From contig CBDFJF010000001.1 of assembly GCA_965248265.1 (NCBI GenBank), positions 1,568,001 through 1,632,000 on the forward strand: a DNA stretch of 64,000 nucleotides, given 5' to 3'. Within the stretch, counting starts at the first letter, position 1. Each line of letters begins with the position of its first letter. Position numbers and translations under genes: made by a program. The notes beneath the pieces are model-generated. The model was not told where the DNA came from, made no database searches, and was given only the letters and a program-made list of their open reading frames with translations. The DNA comes from Candidatus Latescibacterota bacterium. Lineage in GTDB: Bacteria > Latescibacterota > UBA2968 > UBA8231. Below are positions 55,319-64,000 of the stretch, in pieces.

Positions 55319-56910
55319 GCATGACTGGGAGGGTCGCGGGCAGCGGCGCCACGTCGTACACTTTCGCCCGATCGTTTCAGGATCGAGCCGTCACCCGCCA
55401 ACCGGACGAGCCTCTCGTGCGCTTACCGCGAACACTCTACTACAACGACGCCAGACACCAGTACCTCTTCGTCACCGAGCCACCGATGTCTCTCGAAGAC
55501 GCCCAGCGCCCGGTCGACGAGGTTGCCGGAACTGCCGTCGACACCTTTACCTACGCGGTCGCAAGACGGGACGGTCTGTTCTACCCCTCGAAGGTCGGCA
55601 TGAGATTCGGAGGCGACATCCTGCCACTCGGCGACGCAACCTGGTGGCGCGCATGGCACAACATGCAGAGTCTCATCGACCAGGGTCTCGACCCGTTACG
55701 GGTGCTCATCGACCGTGCTCGCGACAACAACCTGAGCTTCATCGTCTGTCTGCGTGTTGGCGCGTTCGGTGAAATGGACGCCAGCCTGAATGTTCGCAGC
55801 CATGGTAGCGGCTTCGTGCTGGCACCGGTGAGGGACCACGCTCTTGCTGTCGCGCGGGAGCTTGCGCAGGACTATCCGGTCGATGGAATTGAGCTGGACT
55901 TCACAGACCCCTCGGGCCCGGCCGCATCGACCCTTCTCGGTTACTTCGTCGCCGAGGACTTGCCGGCCTTCAGACCAGTGATGACCGAATGGGTTCGCAG
56001 TGTGGCCAAGGTGGTGCGTGACCGAAACGGCGGCCCTGGCGTGGTGGGCGCGCGCATTTACCCGACCGAGCAGGTCAATCTTGGGGCAGGACTTGACATC
56101 CAGACCTGGCTGCAGGAGGGATTGGTCGACTACGTGGCGCCTACTGTCCGCGGCACGCAGTTGCTGCATCAGAGCATGGATATTGACTGGCTGATCGAGG
56201 CGGCCCACGAGCGGGATGTTTCCGTGTACCCGCTCCTGCATCCGATGTACCGTGACAACACCCACGCGACGCCGGAGATGATGCGGGCTGCCTTTGGCAA
56301 TTACCGATCGCGCGGAGTCGATGGGCACTACACATGGGCGTTGAAGTGGCCTCCGGATGAAGCGCGGCAACAGATCCTCACCGAGCAGGGTGATGCCGAC
56401 TCGGTCAGAAAAGGCGCCAAACACTACTTCACCCCCGGCCGGGTGGAGAAGGAGGGTGGCGTCGCTTCATACCAATCGGCACTGCCACTAAGCATCGCTC
56501 CGAACGACACCGGGGTGCGCTACGGAGTGCCGATGTTCATCTCCGACGATCTCGAGCAACAACAGCGGGCATCCCGACTGCGTCTGTTTGTTCGCGGACT
56601 CGTCGACGCCGACGAGTTTACCGTCTACCTGAATGATCAATCGGTGATGGCAGAGTCAAGTCGCCGGTACTTCCATGATGCGCTGCACCCGGAAACCGGT
56701 CGTTGGGTTGAGTTCGCACTGGAGAGGATACGCCCGCAGACGGGAGACAACCTGTTGGAAATCGAGCTGCATCGGCGTGGAGCCAATGATGTGAGCAATC
56801 CCAACGCCGCGCACGGCACCGGGCTGGTGCAGCCCTTCATCGTCGAAGAAGTGGAGCTGATAATCGAGTCAGACCTCATCCACTCGGCGGAATACCCCTC
56901 GCAGGCGTGA
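55309..56910 (+). CDS. Putative TIM-barrel glycoside hydrolase-like protein (start uncertain)
   Basis: YYNDARH, FYPSKVG, VDGIELDF and WLQEGLVD motifs. Confidence 0.65.
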   Translation: MWSRMTGRVAGSGATSYTFARSFQDRAVTRQPDEPLVRLPRTLYYNDARHQYLFVTEPPMSLEDAQRPVDEVAGTAVDTFTYAVARRDGLFYPSKVGMRFGGDILPLGDATWWRAWHNMQSLIDQGLDPLRVLIDRARDNNLSFIVCLRVGAFGEMDASLNVRSHGSGFVLAPVRDHALAVARELAQDYPVDGIELDFTDPSGPAASTLLGYFVAEDLPAFRPVMTEWVRSVAKVVRDRNGGPGVVGARIYPTEQVNLGAGLDIQTWLQEGLVDYVAPTVRGTQLLHQSMDIDWLIEAAHERDVSVYPLLHPMYRDNTHATPEMMRAAFGNYRSRGVDGHYTWALKWPPDEARQQILTEQGDADSVRKGAKHYFTPGRVEKEGGVASYQSALPLSIAPNDTGVRYGVPMFISDDLEQQQRASRLRLFVRGLVDADEFTVYLNDQSVMAESSRRYFHDALHPETGRWVEFALERIRPQTGDNLLEIELHRRGANDVSNPNAAHGTGLVQPFIVEEVELIIESDLIHSAEYPSQA

Positions 56911-57730
56911 AACCAAGCTCCTCGCGAATACGGGTGATGTCGTAAACCGTGTCGCGCTCGTGACCGGGCCGCCCGTAGTGGGAAAAGTCCATCGTCTCTG
57001 CATCCGCGCCGTACCAGGCACGCATCAACTCCGGCACCGTCCCGGCCACGCAGGCCTGTGCACCGGTTGCATTCATGGTGCGAACGCCGGGCTTGTGAGC
57101 CGCCTCGACCGCCAGGGTCAGGCAGTGGACGGTGTCGCTGAGAAACATCCGGGAGATAGCACCAAAAGCCCATGCGGACACAGGGCCTACCTCGCGCGGG
57201 ACGAGCTCGCGGTCGTCCGGGGCGATGCTGGCCAGGCGCAGATTGATGAAGTCGAGGTCTTCGTTCTGGCGTGAGAGATAGCCGGTGACCTCCTCCATCA
57301 AGTACTTGGAGAAACCGTAGCCGCCATCCCCGACGCAGGGGTGCTCGTCCAGTATCGGCAGTTGCAGCGGCCTGAAACGGGCGGATTGCATTCCGACGGC
57401 GGCAATGGAGCTGGCGAGGACGAACTTCTTCGTCCCGCGATCGATACAATGGCGCAGCATGCGATGCGTTCCAGCGACGTTGACCCCGATGCAATCCGCC
57501 TCGCTGCCGCGACCGACGACGGCCGCCAGGTGAACGACCACGTCTATGTCTCTATGAGGGTCCAGACTGTGCAGCTCCTCCGGATCCGTGAAATCACCTT
57601 CGACAGCCGTGATGCCTTCCACTGGGGTCGGTTTCCGCGACAGGCCGATCACCTTGTGCTGGTCCGCCAACGCCGCGGCCAGCGCGCCTCCGATGAAACC
57701 GCTGGTGCCGGTGATGAGAATCGTGCTCAT
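56876..57730 (-). CDS. NAD-dependent epimerase/dehydratase
   Basis: ITGTSGFIG and YGFSK motifs. Confidence 0.88.
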   Translation of the reverse strand: MSTILITGTSGFIGGALAAALADQHKVIGLSRKPTPVEGITAVEGDFTDPEELHSLDPHRDIDVVVHLAAVVGRGSEADCIGVNVAGTHRMLRHCIDRGTKKFVLASSIAAVGMQSARFRPLQLPILDEHPCVGDGGYGFSKYLMEEVTGYLSRQNEDLDFINLRLASIAPDDRELVPREVGPVSAWAFGAISRMFLSDTVHCLTLAVEAAHKPGVRTMNATGAQACVAGTVPELMRAWYGADAETMDFSHYGRPGHERDTVYDITRIREELGFTPARGIPPSG

Positions 57731-57756
57731 GATGGGTCAACTCTCCGCGGGCAGTT

Positions 57757-58974
57757 TTAAGCTGATAAGCGCTTCAAGTTTTCCTCGTAAACCTCGAAGC
57801 GCTCACCCTCCGTCTCCTGCGGATCCACCAGCTTCATGAACAGGGCGCTCCCCGGCTTGTCCGAGGCGAACTCCTGGTGGCTCTTGATATGGGACGGATC
57901 TTCTCCGTGCCAGACAACGTCGCCATCCTGCATGTAGATGAAGTCGTTGGCGTAGCGGTCGATCATCTCATCCTGCTTGTCGCGGTAGATGAGCCCCTGC
58001 TCGCAGGCGGTGCGCCGTATGCTGCGGACGATTTCGGGCGTGTTCGTCTCGTATGAATTGAACTCCGCCAGGGGGGCAGGATTGGTCTCACTGACGAAAT
58101 CGATCTCGTCGAGGTCTACTGTACCGAAGCCGCGGTTGGCGGCGATCAGCAGGTGATTTCTGTCCCGACGGAACGGCGGCGTCGGCCAGTCGGACCTGGG
58201 ATCGTGACCCATCAGGTGAGCGCCGCACGCATCCGTCGCCGTGGTCTGGTCGCCGGCGATGAGGGTGTCGGCGACGCGCCCCTCACCATCCCATTCCCGG
58301 CCATACTGCCCTACCATGGCGTCGACGACATTCAGACACGGCTGAGTAATCAGAGCCAGATCCGGAAGTACATGTGACAACCTGATGGCGTGGTGAAAGT
58401 AGGTGCGGATGCGGCCATGAGGCCTCGGGATCGGCGTGATGCCGAACAGGTTCTTCATACACATGGTCACGCCCATGAAACCGTGGTTCTTCATCTTCGC
58501 CACGGAAACGACGGCATCGGCTTCGGCAAAACAGGAATTGAGGGTGTAGCGATCGAACATGGTACCGCCACCGGGCACGTCGTAGTTCGAGAACGGCGGC
58601 AGGTTGCACTCCACGTATTCGACATCGAACTCCCGCAGGTAGCGCAGGTAATTGAGCTCTGCTTCGGGCTCTCCCTGAGTTACGTAGCCCCGCGTGTCCG
58701 CCGCGATCAGATGGGCGGATGTTCGTTCACGCAGCAACCGCAGCACCGCCATGCAGACGCTGTCGTCGACGAGTTCCCGGCGACGGCCACGAAAATGTTC
58801 GACGTTCGGATGCATCATGTTGAACTTGAGGACGATCTTCTTGGCCTTCTCCAGCTTCTCCCATGACCGAGTCAGCGGGTCGGTAACGTGGCGCAGGGTC
58901 TCGTAGACATGCTCATTGGTGGCCGTTCGGTGATCGCACCGGGCGGCACGCACGCTGTACTGTTTGTCCGGCAT
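57757..58974 (-). CDS. DUF362 domain protein
   Basis: LKFN, KMKNH...TMCMKNLFG and DA motifs. Confidence 0.8.
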   Translation of the reverse strand: MPDKQYSVRAARCDHRTATNEHVYETLRHVTDPLTRSWEKLEKAKKIVLKFNMMHPNVEHFRGRRRELVDDSVCMAVLRLLRERTSAHLIAADTRGYVTQGEPEAELNYLRYLREFDVEYVECNLPPFSNYDVPGGGTMFDRYTLNSCFAEADAVVSVAKMKNHGFMGVTMCMKNLFGITPIPRPHGRIRTYFHHAIRLSHVLPDLALITQPCLNVVDAMVGQYGREWDGEGRVADTLIAGDQTTATDACGAHLMGHDPRSDWPTPPFRRDRNHLLIAANRGFGTVDLDEIDFVSETNPAPLAEFNSYETNTPEIVRSIRRTACEQGLIYRDKQDEMIDRYANDFIYMQDGDVVWHGEDPSHIKSHQEFASDKPGSALFMKLVDPQETEGERFEVYEENLKRLSA

Positions 58975-59154
58975 CTTGCCCTTTCCTGTTAGCATTGTCG
59001 AGAGGGGATTGTACGTCGCGTGTGGAGTCGTAACAACCGTCACGGGACACCAGACTTATCGTATATTCCGTGGCCTTCGCTTTTGCCCTCGGCAACCAGG
59101 TTGCCCTGTTACAGGCGGTGGAATGCGCGGACTGTCGCGCCAACGACTCTCTGT

Positions 59155-60984
<1,830 letters not shown>

Positions 60985-61039
60985 GGGCGGACGTACGGCG
61001 TTGGCATGTTTATCTCAGTCATCTCAATAGTAAGGGTTG

Positions 61040-62155
61040 TCATCGACTGCCGTACCTCTCGATTTGATCTTCGTCTAGTTCTACACCCAAGCCCGGACCT
61101 TCTGGAACCGAGGCGACCACGGGGCCGAGTTCAAGCGGCTCGGTGATCATGTCCGCTTCGTGATACAGCGGACCGATGAAGTCACCTGGATAGATTTCGC
61201 TGTCTATGGCCTGGGCGGCAACACCCAGGTGAAGCATGGCTGCCGTGGCGACACCCAGCTCCAGGTTACTGCCCATGCTGCAGACGATGCCGGCTGCCTG
61301 CGCGATATTGGAAATCGCCATAGCCGGCAGAATGCCAGAATTCTTACCCGGATAGATGCTGAGAATATCCACTGCGCCGACCGCGATCAGGTTCTTGGCA
61401 TCGGCGGCGGTGAAAACACTTTCGTCCGCCATCAACGGGATCGACGTGCTCTGCCTCAAGGCGGCCAGACTGCGCGCATCTTCGGTGCCGATCGGCTGCT
61501 CGGCGAAGAGAATGTCCAGTTCTTCGAGAGCTGCGAGCGCCTTTTGTGCCGTCGAAATATCCCATCCGCAGTTGCCGTCGATTCCGATCGTCACATCGCT
61601 TCCCGCGAGTTCACGCACCGCTCGCACTCGAGCGATGTCTTCAGTCAAGTCGAGCCCGACCTTGACCTTGAGATGCCGCACTCCCCAATCGAGGAACTGC
61701 CGGGCGAGGTCTGTGGCCTTCGACATGTCGAAGGCTCCGACGACCATCTTCATCGGCAACGAATCCCGCACTTTGCCACCGAGCAGACTGAACACAGGCG
61801 CATCTGCCGCCTTGCCGGCGATATCCCACAATGCCATTTCCACCGCCGCCTTGGCAAATGGATTCAGCTTGATTACCCGGTCGATCCGAATGGCGCAGCC
61901 GCCAACGTCGCGCGGGTCCATGCCGGTAAGTGCCGGCGACAGCAGCTCGTCGATCACCGCCACACACCCGGGACTGGTCTCGCCGCTCCAGCGGGGCGAC
62001 AGGGTCGCTTCCCCGATGCCTACGATCCCGTCGTCGGTGTGAACCTTGACCATCACGTAAGCGGAGTCGACGTGCTCGCCGTGCGCCGTCTTGGTGGTCA
62101 GACCCTTCTTAAGCGGTACCAGAACAGGGATCGGCTCAATGCGGGTAATCTTCAT
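61040..62155 (-). CDS. Muconate cycloisomerase-like enolase
   Basis: KVKVG, DGN, EQP, ADES and PGLG motifs. Confidence 0.9.
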   Translation of the reverse strand: MKITRIEPIPVLVPLKKGLTTKTAHGEHVDSAYVMVKVHTDDGIVGIGEATLSPRWSGETSPGCVAVIDELLSPALTGMDPRDVGGCAIRIDRVIKLNPFAKAAVEMALWDIAGKAADAPVFSLLGGKVRDSLPMKMVVGAFDMSKATDLARQFLDWGVRHLKVKVGLDLTEDIARVRAVRELAGSDVTIGIDGNCGWDISTAQKALAALEELDILFAEQPIGTEDARSLAALRQSTSIPLMADESVFTAADAKNLIAVGAVDILSIYPGKNSGILPAMAISNIAQAAGIVCSMGSNLELGVATAAMLHLGVAAQAIDSEIYPGDFIGPLYHEADMITEPLELGPVVASVPEGPGLGVELDEDQIERYGSR

Positions 62156-62166
62156 GCGCGTGGAGG

Positions 62167-62384
62167 CTAGACCTCCAGGACCTGCTTCCAGTTTTCGTAA
62201 ATGATGTTTTCGATCACCTGATCCGGCACCTTGGGGAAGTTCGTCCCCTCCACCACGTCGTTGACCTTCCACTGACCGGCGACAACCGCATCTTCGTTTT
62301 TTTAGCGGCCAGGGCAAACTCGACGAACTCGTCGGAGAGATGATCCGGATACCACAGCAGGTTGGTGTGCGTGTCGAAGAGCAT
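62167..62384 (-). pseudogene. Amidohydrolase remnant (N- and C-termini joined, middle deleted)
   Basis: MLFDTHTNLLWYPDH... joined out of frame to ...GTNFPKVPDQVIENIIYENWKQVL. Confidence 0.6.
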
Positions 62385-62552
62385 GGCGTGACCAGACTCC
62401 GACATCAGTTTCTGCGGTTTCAACTGAAGTGCTTTCGATCGGGTTCCTGGCCTTGCGCCCCACTGGACACGGCCCCTGTGACACCATAAAGTACGCCCAC
62501 CTGCCACATGGGCAATTAATCCGCACCCACCACACAACAATCCGGCAGAAAC

Positions 62553-63316
62553 ATGCGCTACCTGGTAAAGCTATTCTCACTCGAAGGCAAGCTGGCAGTC
62601 GTAACCGGCGGTAGCCGCGGCCTGGGAAGGGGTATGGCCGAGGCCCTGCTGAACGCTGGGCTGAGGTGATCCTGGTCAGCACGGATGAAGACCGGCTGCA
62701 GGCCACGACCAACGAATTCGCCTCCGCCGGGCTCAAAGCCATCGCTCATCGCTGCGACCTGTCATCCGCCGAAGAAATCGAGCGACTGTGCGACACGATC
62801 GAAGGTGCTCACGACTGCCTGGATATCCTCGTCACGCCGGCGTCACCAACGGCTGGGATCAAGTGCTACAGTATCCGGATGAAGCGTGGGAACGAACCCT
62901 GAAGATCAACCTGGAGGCACCGTTCAGATTGTGCCGCAGGTTGGCTCGACTGATGACGAAGGATGGGGGCTCGATCATCAATATCACCAGCCTGGCAGCC
63001 GAACGCGGAGCTCCCGACAATCCCGCCTACGGCGCCGCAAAAGAAGTCGATGACCCGATCCCTGGCCGTCAGCCTTGGCAAGTATGGAATCCGCGTGAAC
63101 AACATCGGTCCCGGGTACATTCAGACCGACATGACCGGCCTGAGCTGGAACGACCCGGCATTGCGCGAACGCCGTCGCCAGTCGACGATCCTCAAGCGCT
63201 GGGGCCAGCCGGACGACCTGGCAGGCGTGGTCGTGCTCCTGGCTTCTGAGGCATCCAGCTACATCACCGGTCAGGACCTCTACGTCGACGGCGGTTGGCT
63301 GAGCAATTTCGACTGA
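62553..63316 (+). pseudogene. Frameshifted SDR (gluconate 5-dehydrogenase-like)
   Basis: FSLEGKLAVVTGGSRGLG, INITS..YGAAK and NNIGPGY..VDGGW segments lie in different frames. Confidence 0.75.
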
Positions 63317-63333
63317 ATACCAGTGGATCACCG

Positions 63334-64000
63334 ATGGGCAAACTGTACAAGATCCTCCTCCTGTTTTTCAGTGGAGTCCTTTCCCTGCTCGCAGTGGAGA
63401 TGTTTCTGCGCGGAGTCATACCGTTCCGATACGTGCATCGCCATCCGGAATTCGTGGTGGAGTCCGTTCATCCCGAGGACGACAGGATGTACATGGCCGA
63501 GCCGATGTTTGGCGCTGGCCTGCGCTACGTAGATACCACCTGGAAGTACGGCTTGAAACGAGACCTGCGAGCTCGGTTCCTGTCTTCGGAATATGATACC
63601 GAGTTCAACACCAATTCAAAGGGGCTTCGCGGACCTGAACTCGAGAAGCCGGGCGAGCACGGACGCATTCTCGGTGTCGGTGACAGCTTCACCATGGGCT
63701 ATGGAGTCGAGCAAGAAGAGACCTACCTCACGATACTCGCCAGAGAGCTGGGAACTCCGCGGACACCGCTTGAGACAGTGAATGCCGGTGTCGTCGGCTA
63801 TACTCCCGGAAACAGTTATCAGTACCTGGTCAACGAAGGGTTGGCCTTGGATCCAGACTACCTGGTGTTCCAGCTATGGGTGGGAGACGACCTGTGCGCT
63901 GGTTCCAGCGTCGGCCGGCCGCGTCCATACGGAACGCTATCTGAGCGGAAACGGTGGCGCTACCTTGCACGGAAATCACATCTGATCATGTTCATCCGTG
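63334..64000 (+). CDS. SGNH/GDSL hydrolase-like membrane-anchored protein (runs off window)
   Basis: Manually read open frame with TNSKGLRG, VGDSFTMGYGV and NAGV.GY motifs. Confidence 0.8.
   Translation, partial: MGKLYKILLLFFSGVLSLLAVEMFLRGVIPFRYVHRHPEFVVESVHPEDDRMYMAEPMFGAGLRYVDTTWKYGLKRDLRARFLSSEYDTEFNTNSKGLRGPELEKPGEHGRILGVGDSFTMGYGVEQEETYLTILARELGTPRTPLETVNAGVVGYTPGNSYQYLVNEGLALDPDYLVFQLWVGDDLCAGSSVGRPRPYGTLSERKRWRYLARKSHLIMFIR

Overview
The window has two halves. Bases 1 to ~32,750 are the right part of a temperate, podovirus-like prophage. Its leftward late module has ejection/pilot-like proteins, an adaptor, three glycosyltransferases, decoration and major capsid proteins, scaffold, portal, terminase, an initiator-like tRNA-Met and an M15 peptidase. 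A compact ribbon-helix-helix switch sits at ~19 kb. The rightward early module has a Sak4-like ATPase, a replication initiator with internal iterons, Gam-like and Ref-like proteins, a DnaC-like ATPase, many small ORFs, an excisionase and a tyrosine integrase. Bases ~32,830-64,000 are host metabolic genes: SDRs/epimerases, PhyH dioxygenases, enolase-superfamily enzymes, a three-gene nitrile hydratase/thiocyanate hydrolase-like cluster, a CocE hydrolase, vapBC and typA, plus several eroded pseudogenes. The most striking signal is in the prophage accessory region (25,190-30,751). Eight same-orientation, imperfectly palindromic 11-6-11 bp sites (about GACTmACGATAA-N6-TTAnnGGGAGTCAA) sit exactly at gene junctions, often supplying the upstream stop codon and the downstream Shine-Dalgarno. 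They divide the region into 1-4-gene units, and one gene is bracketed by two sites with the identical central hexamer. This looks like a Xer/dif-type gene-cassette array inside a phage; that function is inferred, not shown. All annotations come from reading motifs by eye; no database searches were run.
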